Source of the DNA: an uncultured delta proteobacterium
Lineage (GTDB): Bacteria > Bdellovibrionota > FAC87 > UBA2466
Direction of reading: 5' to 3'
Assembly (NCBI GenBank): GCA_963778115.1
Contig: CAVZSV010000004.1
Location: forward strand, 608,001-672,000
Length of the DNA stretch: 64,000 nucleotides
Positions 41,067 to 49,772 of this stretch are shown in pieces. The notes under the pieces were generated by a model, which saw nothing but the letters and a program-made list of their open reading frames with translations, was not told the origin of the DNA and made no database searches. The position numbers and the translations under genes are program-made. Each line of letters starts with the position of its first letter. Within the stretch, counting starts at the first letter, position 1.

Positions 41067-42404
41067 TTAGGATTCGATCACAACGCGAATTTTTCCGGCC
41101 GTCGCTCGGGGCGTGTCATCGGAGTACAGTTGATAATCGATTTCAAAGCTCTTTGCTGTTTCAAAAGAATCGAAGACCACATACAATGGCGCCAGCAATT
41201 CCTGCCAACCGTGCCTCGACTTTATCACGGTAAACTCAACATCGTAACTATTTGAGCGCTCCAATCGTCGAAGAGAGACGTTTCTCTTTTCTAACAATTT
41301 CGGCACATTCAAATCAGGAACGAACAATGAGCCCTGGGAGGACAAACTGGCGATTACCTCAAGGGGAGTAGGAGGCAATGATGGAGGTGTTGGTTCTTGG
41401 GGTGGAGCTGGGTACTTCTCATGGCTTAGAAGTTTAAATCCATCTGGAAAATGCAAATGAGCATGGACGTTATTTGCGGGCAACGTCCCTTCGTTCGATA
41501 AAAAAAGCTCAATCCTTGCCGTTCTTCGAGATAAGTTACGATATTGGAGTTTTTCGATCAAGAATTGGCGATACTCCGCGAAGTAGGATTCCAGCTCCTG
41601 GTTGTATTTGTCGATCTGTATGAGTGATGGCCCACTAAATTTTCCCAAAAAGTCAATCAGAGTTCCAGTTGGTGGAGCCTCAGATGGCTCCTTCCTTGCC
41701 AATGGGGGAACCTCTAGCTGTATCTGCCTTAGGCGAGATTCGATATAGTCTCCGTCCGCTTCCCGGGGAGGGACAATCGGAAATACTTGGAAGGCACTCT
41801 TATCCTTGAATTGAAGCTTTAGTTTAGGCGACCGCGAAGCATGAAGACGGAGTTCCTCCTCCAGTCGTTTTATCTCCAATTGGTCTTCGTCCGGTTCAAC
41901 TGGAAGGGCCAGTTCCTGTGGATTTAAGAAGGTTATCCTTCTCGCATGCGCTTTCACTTCTAAAGCAAAATCCCTACTGACGAGAAGAGGGACGCTGGCG
42001 AGTTTGGACGTCGCCTCCAGGACTGCGGCTAAGAGTTGATCGTCCTGGCGATCGGCCAGCAGACTATTCGCCGAATAATCGATCAGTGGCTCAGTGTTCA
42101 TAAAACATATAGCCAGTTTCGCACTGCATTGTGCGAGGGATCCTATCGGTGAAAGAACCGCGGCGCTGATCAGTTCCCTGAACCTACGAAGTACCGTGGT
42201 AGCATGGCGGCGGACGCGTCGACTCTTATGGGCTTCGGCGTGTTTGTCGAGTTCATGGATGACGGAAAGAGGAACTATAATAGTAAGCGATTCAGTTTCA
42301 AGTGCTTCAAGCCACACATCCTCTTCGAATTGTCGGCAATGAAGAAATACGTTTGAATCAAAAAAAACAAACCGCATATTGCGCAAACCATTTAACACGA
42401 GCAT
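41067..42404 (-). CDS. PIN-domain protein with uncharacterised C-terminal region
   Basis: FFDSNVFLH, IVPLSVIHELD, DDQLL, LVSRD.ALEVKA acidic PIN tetrad. Confidence 0.8.
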   Translation of the reverse strand: MLVLNGLRNMRFVFFDSNVFLHCRQFEEDVWLEALETESLTIIVPLSVIHELDKHAEAHKSRRVRRHATTVLRRFRELISAAVLSPIGSLAQCSAKLAICFMNTEPLIDYSANSLLADRQDDQLLAAVLEATSKLASVPLLVSRDFALEVKAHARRITFLNPQELALPVEPDEDQLEIKRLEEELRLHASRSPKLKLQFKDKSAFQVFPIVPPREADGDYIESRLRQIQLEVPPLARKEPSEAPPTGTLIDFLGKFSGPSLIQIDKYNQELESYFAEYRQFLIEKLQYRNLSRRTARIELFLSNEGTLPANNVHAHLHFPDGFKLLSHEKYPAPPQEPTPPSLPPTPLEVIASLSSQGSLFVPDLNVPKLLEKRNVSLRRLERSNSYDVEFTVIKSRHGWQELLAPLYVVFDSFETAKSFEIDYQLYSDDTPRATAGKIRVVIES

Positions 42405-42426
42405 ATACGAGGAGAAGACCAGTGGG

Positions 42427-42690
42427 TCACTGCTTAAACCTGCTTCGAATCAGATCCCAGTTGTCTTCGAGCCAGACTTTTCCCTGTTGTAATGCCCCAG
42501 AGAGTGTCGTCGCGGTGCCCTCGCAAACCGGCTCTATAATGCTTTCTTCGAATTCAATCTTCGCTCCCAAAACGACCGACCTCATTTCCATAATCGGTCC
42601 ATTGATTGTGAAGCGCCCTCCAAGCGAATCAAAGATCAGAGCGAACGATCGTCCGCGTACCTGAAAAACTTCGGGATTCCCTTTTTCCAC
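42427..42690 (-). CDS. Small hypothetical protein
   Basis: 87-aa ORF, GTG start with RBS AGGAGG. Confidence 0.55.
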   Translation of the reverse strand: MEKGNPEVFQVRGRSFALIFDSLGGRFTINGPIMEMRSVVLGAKIEFEESIIEPVCEGTATTLSGALQQGKVWLEDNWDLIRSRFKQ

Positions 42691-42900
42691 ATAAACCTCC
42701 TATTTTACGGTTACACGATTCCTCAGTCGCCGAAACGGTCCAACGCATCATGATGATTGCTCCCTTCGGCCCAAAGACGTGGAGCGTGAAAAGAGAGGGA
42801 TGGCGATGGAGAAGACCGCTTAAGGGATCTCACTAGTTTATCGCCGATAAAATCAAAGTGACCGTGATTTCGTTATTGTTTTTGGGGGTCAGTGCGGGGC

Positions 42901-42923
42901 TTCGATTCCCCCCACCTCCACCA
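42901..42923 (+). repeat. Copy 2 of tmRNA 3' end (att core), here followed by CCA
   Basis: 20/20 identity to 39041-39060. Confidence 0.95.
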
Positions 42924-43238
42924 CTTAAATTTAAGTTTAAGATTAACCGGCGTAGCCGGTCTGGTGATTTTTTCCGCTCCCCCAACGTTTAAAAACTAAC
43001 CAACTGAAATTAGAGGATTTTTTTCGGCTCCAATGACTCTGGAGCGTGAAAAGAGCGTGAATGAACTGAACGTTAACTCGAAACTTATGTTGTGTCAGCG
43101 TAAAGCAGCAGGAGGAGACGTAGCTTCTGTTTCTGAATTGATCGAAGTATACTCTTAGCTTCGCGTAGGTCAGATTCCGGTCATCTACTTCCAATAACGT
43201 TTCGCGAATTGAACCGGGCGGTGCCCAATGAGGTCGGT

Positions 43239-44735
43239 ATGGTAGACGAGAAGCTAAATCGGCGTGTTTTGGAGGATGTGTTTGTTACCGAAGGAGTTCC
43301 CGAAGAAACGTTTGTAGCCCCCCCAAACTTTAATGATGTCCTGGTGGATATTCGCCACCAAGGCAAACCAGTTATCATTGAGGGTTCCTCGGGGACCGGA
43401 AAAACGTGCACAGTCAAAAAAATTCTCGAGATTCTCGGGAAAGAAAACGAGTGGATGTATCTAACCGCCAGGAAGGCAGATGACATCATTCTCATAGCCG
43501 ACCTAGCAGAGAGACCCTCTAAAGGCGTATTTCTAATTGACGACTTTCATCGGCTTCAACCGAGTTATCAGAGCAAGTTATCCGACATCGCAAAAATCGC
43601 TGCTGAGGAAGCGGACCCTTCGAAGCATCCCAAGTTGGTATTGATCGGGATCAACCAGGTTGGTGCTGCTCTGATCCATTTTTCTCCAGATATTGCAAAG
43701 CGCTGTGGCATTCATCGTATCCAACCTGCTACAGAAACTCAGACTAACACCCTTGTTAACAAGGGTTGCGAAGCGTTAAATATCCACTTCAAAAATACAG
43801 AGTCCATACATCTAGAGAGCGGAGGAGATTATTGGCTTAGCCAAACTCTGTGCAAAACCGCTTGCAGTCTTATCGGAGTTCTGGAGACACAAGAGAGTCG
43901 GAAAGTCATCGACCCTGACTTGTCGGCTGTTCGAGCTACTATTATTAAGAAGCTGGAAACCGCTTACTATGAATCTATCAAAGATTTCTGTAGGGGAAGG
44001 CGCTTCCGACCCAGTAATGACCCGTATTTTCGAATTCTCCAATTTATAGCAACTAAGAGTAAGACATCTGACGTCGATCTTGTGGAGCTCGCGAATGCCC
44101 ATAAGGAAATTGCTGGTAGCATCAACAACATCAAGGACGTGAGATTAATTACCCTCCTGAAGGAAAAGACCAAGGCAGGGCAATACTTTTACTACAATAA
44201 GGAGACATCCCGTTTTTCCATTGAAGATCCTGCGGTGTTCTATTTCCTAAGAAATCTCGATTGGGACAAACTACGCCAAGATTGTGGGTTCCGGGGTACT
44301 ACTGAAATCACGGAAACTAAGCTCGATATCGCGATCAGCTTCGCGGGTGAAAACCGAGAACTCGCCCGGCAAATTGCAAAACGGCTTTCAGATTTGGATG
44401 TAAGCGTTTACTTTGATGAAGACTACGAAGCGAAATATCTAGGTAAACGGCTGGGCGCTGAATTCGAAGCTGCTTTTGCGACTAGAAGTCGGTTTGTTGT
44501 TTGTATCCTAGATCACAATCATCTTAACAAAATCTGGCCCACTTTTGAGCGAGATGTCTTCCTTCCCAGATTTCAAAAGCAGGAAGCTATTCCGATCTAT
44601 TTGGACGACACTATCTTTCCAGGAATTTCGAGTGATCTCTTTGGAATTAAATTCACCTTCGATAGTTCCAAGGAAGACTGGCGACAAACCTTGGATGACA
44701 AAGTAATTTTGAAATTATTAGATAGGATTGGATAG
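43239..44735 (+). CDS. P-loop ATPase fused to C-terminal TIR domain (putative anti-phage protein)
   Basis: Walker A GSSGTGKT, Walker B FLIDD; TIR DIAISFAGENRELA...VYFDE...WPTFER; RBS GAGGT. Confidence 0.8.
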   Translation: MVDEKLNRRVLEDVFVTEGVPEETFVAPPNFNDVLVDIRHQGKPVIIEGSSGTGKTCTVKKILEILGKENEWMYLTARKADDIILIADLAERPSKGVFLIDDFHRLQPSYQSKLSDIAKIAAEEADPSKHPKLVLIGINQVGAALIHFSPDIAKRCGIHRIQPATETQTNTLVNKGCEALNIHFKNTESIHLESGGDYWLSQTLCKTACSLIGVLETQESRKVIDPDLSAVRATIIKKLETAYYESIKDFCRGRRFRPSNDPYFRILQFIATKSKTSDVDLVELANAHKEIAGSINNIKDVRLITLLKEKTKAGQYFYYNKETSRFSIEDPAVFYFLRNLDWDKLRQDCGFRGTTEITETKLDIAISFAGENRELARQIAKRLSDLDVSVYFDEDYEAKYLGKRLGAEFEAAFATRSRFVVCILDHNHLNKIWPTFERDVFLPRFQKQEAIPIYLDDTIFPGISSDLFGIKFTFDSSKEDWRQTLDDKVILKLLDRIG

Positions 44736-44846
44736 GAGCGTAGACGAGAATTGTTGTGGCTTGGGGTGCCCCAACGGTCCTTTGAGTTTTTCAATTCAAA
44801 TGCGTGAAAAGAGGGATAGGCGACCACTTTGATTGAGGGGAAAACC

Positions 44847-45199
44847 ATGGATTCTATCGCGAAGAACTATTCAAACTAAGCCTTCAAGACATCGTCACAA
44901 GTTGCGGCGATGCTCCAAACACGGGAAATCATAATAAAGGAAACGCTGAGCTGAAGGCTGTTTGTGCTACAGCTACGATAAGGACAATTGAAAGGCTTAC
45001 AGCCTCAATTAATTCCAATGCGGCAGCCACTTCGACATCTGAAAAATGGATGTTTAAACTAACCATTGTCCTTGCAATTGCCACCATCGTTCAGGCAGGT
45101 GCCGCAATCATTCCATTTTTCAAAGTTAACCAATACGGCATTTGTAGTCGCCCTCTAACTAAGGAAATGCCGTCTCCGGTCCCGCTCGAAAAAAAATAG
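44847..45199 (+). pseudogene. Small membrane-protein gene with a frameshift just after the start codon
   Basis: RBS GAGGGG + ATG 44847 is one base out of frame with an open ~115-codon frame (FYREELF...LTIVLAIATIVQAGAAII...EKK*). Confidence 0.5.
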
Positions 45200-45360
45200 C
45201 AAAATACTCAGAGATTAACCGGAGCGTGAAAAGAGAGGGATGGATATGGAGAAGAGCGCTTAACGATGCTCACTGACGCTTAAAGGATCTCACTGGTTTA
45301 TCGTCGATAAACTCTCGGTGGCCGTGATTTTATTATTGTTTTTGGCGGTCGGAGCGGGTT

Positions 45361-45380
45361 TTCGATTCCCCCCACCTCCA
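45361..45380 (+). repeat. Copy 3 of tmRNA 3' end (att core)
   Basis: 20/20 identity. Confidence 0.95.
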
Positions 45381-45606
45381 ATTTTTCCCGAAGGGAAAAA
45401 TTCTTCTAATTTCAACTCTCTACTCTCGATCTCATCTCTAAATTTCTAGATGAGGTGCGTGGGGAGTGCGTGGGGAAATTTATTTTCATTCTCGTTTTTC
45501 TTTCCAAATCGGTTCTCTTCGGGAGGTTTCCATGGCTAGCTTCCTCGGTCCGGGGTGAATTATTGGTCATTTCTCTCAGTGGTGGTGGGCCCAGTTCCCC
45601 CATCCC

Positions 45607-46083
45607 CTATGCTGCCGCGTTCTTGTCCCTCACTATCTTGTATTCGATTCCATATCCAAGAGCGGCGAGAAGCTTAATCATTTGATCAACGGTTTTTGTG
45701 TTGTTAGCCGGATCTAGTAAACGATAGAGCTGTGCCGGAGAGGTGGAGAGTTTTCGCGCCAATTCCCGACGACTTAATTTCGAGATCTTGATTCTTTCAA
45801 GAGCGTCGAGGGTCAATTGATGCAGCAGCAACTTTGCCAGATACTCGGGATCTCGGTTGTAATCAAGGAATGCATCCAGAGGGATTGAATTTTCATCACC
45901 CGAATCGAGAATGTAGGTGATGCCTTCGTTGCCCAGCTCTTTATCTACATAAACTTCAGCGACTTTATTCGAACTTGTAGGAACGAGTCCCGACTTGGCG
46001 AAGGGAAGCACAAGTTCGCCTTTCGAAGTCTCAATCTCAAAACACTTCTTATGGTTGTTGGCTGATACGCTCTTAATCTTCAC
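45607..46083 (-). CDS. XRE-HTH putative antitoxin
   Basis: LSRRELARKLSTSPAQLYRLLDP...LLAALG; overlaps the upstream toxin-like gene. Confidence 0.75.
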   Translation of the reverse strand: MKIKSVSANNHKKCFEIETSKGELVLPFAKSGLVPTSSNKVAEVYVDKELGNEGITYILDSGDENSIPLDAFLDYNRDPEYLAKLLLHQLTLDALERIKISKLSRRELARKLSTSPAQLYRLLDPANNTKTVDQMIKLLAALGYGIEYKIVRDKNAAA

Positions 46084-46274
46084 AGTTTTCCTTCCCTAAC
46101 CAGTTGAGTAATGATCTGTCTGAGCCTGCGATTCATGCGTCCTTCCATTACTACACTTCGTTCCAGGTTCCATTTAGCCACAAAGTTTCCGTCGCGATAA
46201 ATATGGACGTGTCTGGGCGAATGGTCCCCTTTCCAAGTCACAAAGGTGTAGTTTCCACGGCGGACCTTACCCAC
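46080..46274 (-). CDS. DUF4160-like putative toxin
   Basis: WKGDHSPRHVHIY motif. Confidence 0.75.
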   Translation of the reverse strand: MGKVRRGNYTFVTWKGDHSPRHVHIYRDGNFVAKWNLERSVVMEGRMNRRLRQIITQLVREGKL

Positions 46275-46280
46275 CAAAAA

Positions 46281-46310
46281 ATAGTATCATAAGTGGTACC
46301 ACTTATGCAA
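46281..46310 (-). promoter_or_regulatory. sigma70 promoter with perfect 20-bp palindromic operator
   Basis: TTGCAT-18-TACTAT on the minus strand; CATAAGTGGTACCACTTATG at 46288-46307. Confidence 0.7.
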
Positions 46311-46467
46311 CAACGCAAGATTCGACTCTCTCTAGAAAATTCCTATTAAACATCTGTATTTACGATGTAGTTTTCCTGAAGGCTCGTCGCCCTTCCCACT
46401 CAGGGAAAGGGTCTGCCTCACTCCCTAACATGCTATAATTTAACGGCACTGCAACCGGAGACCTCGT

Positions 46468-47532
46468 ATGTTCTTCCAGAGATTTCGCCAGTATCCCGCG
46501 CTGCTAAGTCTCGTTCTTTGCCTAAATGGAGCCTCCGGCGCGCAGGATTTCTGTGCTCTGGCGTCCGCCGCACTTACCGGAAATCCCGAGGCCATTAAAG
46601 CTTTACAGGAAGCCATAGAAGAGAAGCGTAAAAGCGAAGAGGGTCTTCGCGAGATGATCGCGGACTCACCTAAACTATCGCGCGTTCCCCAATTGCAGCA
46701 CCCTGAAGACGCAGCGAGTCTACATCCCGGAGATCTGGCCGTGATCTATGGTCATATGGACGTTCCCACTCGGGCGGCCTACACAACGAAATTGCTTTCG
46801 CTTTTCCATGATGCCCGACAAAGAAATCTTCATGGCGAAGCGACTCTTACCGCAAAAAAAGCGCAAAACGAACTAACGCGTTTCTTCGGATTGGCAAAGG
46901 AAAGAGAATCGAAGGGGCGGAAGCTGGACCCTGCCCTTGATCCCTTCGCCAAGATGTATGAATCGGAAAACCCCCAGTGGGCACTCACACCGGCACAGCC
47001 AGCAAATGTTATTACCCGCCTATCGATGAAGGCGCTTTCGGTAAAGAATCGTCAGCAAATGCAAGAAAAGGAGATTGATCCCTATTTGCCTTGGCCAAGA
47101 GAGGATCTGATTGCTCGTTTGCCACACCACGGCCTTCGGAAACTCTATGAAAATATAAGCTCCTTTGCTGAGAGAGGGTTTTTTATGGATGAAGTCTCCG
47201 ATCCGAATAGTTGGAATATTGCTGGTGCAAGTGACTGGAACGATATGCTTCAAGTTTCCACCGACCGAGTGAAGTTAACGTTGGAAAGCTCGCAATCGCC
47301 AGGCTACCGCAAAGCCGTCCTCTACACCGCCATGATGATTCACCTAGCGAAATCAGGGACCGTTTCTCAAAAGCAACTTGCGACTGCGTGGTGCGACAAT
47401 CTCCTTCGGCGGGGCGGAGACAGACATAGCGACAATGGGGCGCTTTGGGCGCTCGATGACCTGTACCTCAGAGAAGTCCACAATAAGCATTGGGGTTTCA
47501 CGCTCGGGGGAGTTGGGATCTTTGACAACTAA
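46468..47532 (+). CDS. Hypothetical secreted protein
   Basis: 354 aa, signal-like N-terminus, RBS GGAG, TATAAT upstream. Confidence 0.65.
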   Translation: MFFQRFRQYPALLSLVLCLNGASGAQDFCALASAALTGNPEAIKALQEAIEEKRKSEEGLREMIADSPKLSRVPQLQHPEDAASLHPGDLAVIYGHMDVPTRAAYTTKLLSLFHDARQRNLHGEATLTAKKAQNELTRFFGLAKERESKGRKLDPALDPFAKMYESENPQWALTPAQPANVITRLSMKALSVKNRQQMQEKEIDPYLPWPREDLIARLPHHGLRKLYENISSFAERGFFMDEVSDPNSWNIAGASDWNDMLQVSTDRVKLTLESSQSPGYRKAVLYTAMMIHLAKSGTVSQKQLATAWCDNLLRRGGDRHSDNGALWALDDLYLREVHNKHWGFTLGGVGIFDN

Positions 47533-47827
47533 TTAGCGAAGCCAGATTTAAAGAATCTGGAGAGTAGCGCGCTGTAGTTAGCCCGCGGGTCACAAACAAC
47601 CATATTCACAATCCCGCGGTCGGTATTTCTAATAGTTTATGACTGTGAAAACTGTCTGCCTGTCTGTTCGACTGGAAGCCGGATTTGGTGCGTGGCAGGT
47701 GCGTGGGAAGAATGGCGAGAGCTGCTTAACGATATTCGGTGACGCTTAAAGGAAGATGACTCGGATATCGACGATAAAAGTATTCGCGTGCTGATTTTAT
47801 TGGTTTTTCCGAATTGCCTTTTGTGGG

Positions 47828-47847
47828 TTCGATTCCCCCCACCTCCA
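47828..47847 (+). repeat. Copy 4 of tmRNA 3' end (att core)
   Basis: 20/20 identity. Confidence 0.95.
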
Positions 47848-48002
47848 TCTATCTATTTAATATTATTATTAAATTTAATGTTTATCGACGGAACCCCCAC
47901 CCTTCAAAATATAACTCTCTGAATTTAAACGGTAATTTCGCGACGATTTCCCGTTTGGTGTGTGGCAGGTGCGTGGGAAAATTTCTTTTCGCCTGGATTG
48001 AT

Positions 48003-48028
48003 CTATAATGCCATATATGGCATTATAG
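48003..48028 (+). promoter_or_regulatory. Perfect 26-bp palindromic operator over the TA promoter
   Basis: CTATAATGCCATA|TATGGCATTATAG; TTGATC at 47998; GTG start at 48034. Confidence 0.75.
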
Positions 48029-48033
48029 AAAAT

Positions 48034-48345
48034 GTGAAATTCAGGACCACACGACTTCCCGAATTTGTTGAGTGGTTTGAAGAGCTCGACACCAAGGGCA
48101 GAGCTCAGGTAGATGCTCGCATATTGAAGATTGAAACAGAGGGCTACTTTGGAGACGCCAAAGACTTGGGCGATGGACTCGCTGAACTCCGGTGGAAAAG
48201 CGGGCGGAGAGTTTATTTTGCGCGTATCAGAGATTCATTCGGGTCTCTTGTATTGCTAGTATTAGGAGGAAATAAAAATGGGCAAACGAAAGACATCCGG
48301 CAAGCGAGGCTTCTCCTTCGAAAACATTCAGGAGACCAAACTTAA
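48034..48345 (+). CDS. RelE/HigB-like addiction module killer protein
   Basis: FVEWFEELD...ARI...GYFGDAKDLGDGLAELRW..GRRVYF...LLVLGGNK..Q.KDI. Confidence 0.88.
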   Translation: MKFRTTRLPEFVEWFEELDTKGRAQVDARILKIETEGYFGDAKDLGDGLAELRWKSGRRVYFARIRDSFGSLVLLVLGGNKNGQTKDIRQARLLLRKHSGDQT

Positions 48346-48616
48346 AAAGGGCACTCGACTTCTTTCCCACGATTCCTCAAGGGAATTGGCGGATGTTGAG
48401 TTTGTAAGCCAGGCACTGATTCAAGCCCTTAAAGACGGCGATGCAGACGCCTTCAAGGAGATTTTAGGAGCGCATTTAAGCGTGACCAACAAAGAAAAGT
48501 TTTCGGAGAAAGCCAAGATTCCGAAGCGTACCCTTTTCAGGATGCTCTCACCTAGCGGGAATCCGACATTAGAAAATGTCGCACGAATCGTTCATGCACT
48601 GAGCAAGGCTGCCTAG
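48278..48616 (+). CDS. Addiction module antidote (HTH)
   Basis: ALKDGDADAF...KRTLFRMLSPSGNPTLEN. Confidence 0.85.
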   Translation: MGKRKTSGKRGFSFENIQETKLKKGTRLLSHDSSRELADVEFVSQALIQALKDGDADAFKEILGAHLSVTNKEKFSEKAKIPKRTLFRMLSPSGNPTLENVARIVHALSKAA

Positions 48617-48741
48617 GCTCCGGAATTCAATTTTTGGGGCTAATTTTTTCTTCCTAGGGATTTTTATCACCGGCTTAGATCTCCCCCACAGATTGCGTTT
48701 CCTCACGGCATATTCTTTGCTATTTTGATTTCTTTCGTGGA

Positions 48742-49620
48742 CTACTCCTGTTTTCTAAGATGCAACAAGGTACAGGTTCGATAATAAACCCGCTCCTTCT
48801 TCATGACCTTGAATCCTGCTTTCTTGCACAGAGAAGAAAGTTCTCTGTCCGTGAGGAATTTTACCTTTCTAGTGATCCGGCCAACGATCAAATAGCACAA
48901 GAAAGCAAATTCAAACTCCGTAAACCGAGCGCCATTAGAAGACGCCTCGGCCACCTGGGCGATGAAGGGCGCCATAACGTTTTTTTTTCGTGGGAAGGGA
49001 TCACAAAGGAAAAAAGGACCATTGGGCTTTAGCAGAGTCCAAACTTGCTTTAGGACCGTCAGGCGCTGATGGATCGGAATATTATAAAGAACGTTGTTCA
49101 TGACCGCTCCATCGATCTTTTTGAATCCGAAACTCTCTAGTTTGTTCAGAGAGTTCAGGATTAGTCGGTATCGGCTTCTGCCTTTGGAGATAAGCTTGAG
49201 TTTCTTCCTGGCAAGCGCCAAACCATCCTTGGAGATGTCGATCCCTATGACTTTTCGTTTTGGACTAGAGTAGAGCAAGGAAACCGCGAAGTTGCCTGTT
49301 CCGGTTCCCAGGTCCAAAAGGGTGCCTTCCGAAGGAAGCAGGGAATTGCTTCCCTTTAGGAGGGCTTCGTACCCGCTGCTTGCCAAGACCACCCGGTCGT
49401 AAATTGTGAAATAGCAATCCCAGATCCCCGATGAGTTTTTCTTTGGGATTTCGTGGACAAGGGAAGAGAGTTCTTTCCGAAGTGTTTTGTTGGAAACTAC
49501 TTGTCTAGCTATCTCTCTTAGACGTGCAGAACGGGTAACGGGCTGGTTCGAAAGGACGGCACTTTTCCAAATTACAGTTGGCTGATCTAAGAGGGGTGCG
49601 ATGACTCGGGCTAGTTGCAT
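48742..49620 (-). CDS. Class I SAM-dependent methyltransferase
   Basis: LLDLGTGTG, GIDIS, NNVLYN, LLKPNG. Confidence 0.85.
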   Translation of the reverse strand: MQLARVIAPLLDQPTVIWKSAVLSNQPVTRSARLREIARQVVSNKTLRKELSSLVHEIPKKNSSGIWDCYFTIYDRVVLASSGYEALLKGSNSLLPSEGTLLDLGTGTGNFAVSLLYSSPKRKVIGIDISKDGLALARKKLKLISKGRSRYRLILNSLNKLESFGFKKIDGAVMNNVLYNIPIHQRLTVLKQVWTLLKPNGPFFLCDPFPRKKNVMAPFIAQVAEASSNGARFTEFEFAFLCYLIVGRITRKVKFLTDRELSSLCKKAGFKVMKKERVYYRTCTLLHLRKQE

Positions 49621-49772
49621 TTCCTTCTCCCACCCAATTGTACAAGAAAACGGTCCGCCAGAACGCCACGAATGCCGAAAAATGTCACCGCGAAGGCTGA
49701 GAGGGGCCCCTTTTTAGGCATTCTCAAGCTTCCAAGAAGCCTGAGAGTCAGGGTACCAACCTTGCAATCCGT

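Larger units (their letters stand above)
39061..42920. mobile_element. tmRNA-integrated islet 1 (3,860 bp), no integrase
   Basis: Bounded by identical TTCGATTCCCCCCACCTCCA (39041-39060, 42901-42920); GGAGCGTGAAAAGAG arm motifs at 39201 and 42781. Confidence 0.85.
42921..45380. mobile_element. tmRNA-integrated islet 2 (2,460 bp), no integrase
   Basis: att cores 42901-42920 and 45361-45380; arm motifs at 43041 and 45221. Confidence 0.85.
45381..47847. mobile_element. tmRNA-integrated islet 3 (2,467 bp), no integrase
   Basis: att cores 45361 and 47828; GTGCGTGG arm pairs at 45455-45476 and 47688-47709. Confidence 0.85.

Noticed and set aside
42890..42923. Separate tRNA genes at the repeat copies (this one ends in CCA)
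   Set aside because: Only the T-loop and 3' acceptor strand are present; upstream sequence gives no matching 5' acceptor strand or cloverleaf.
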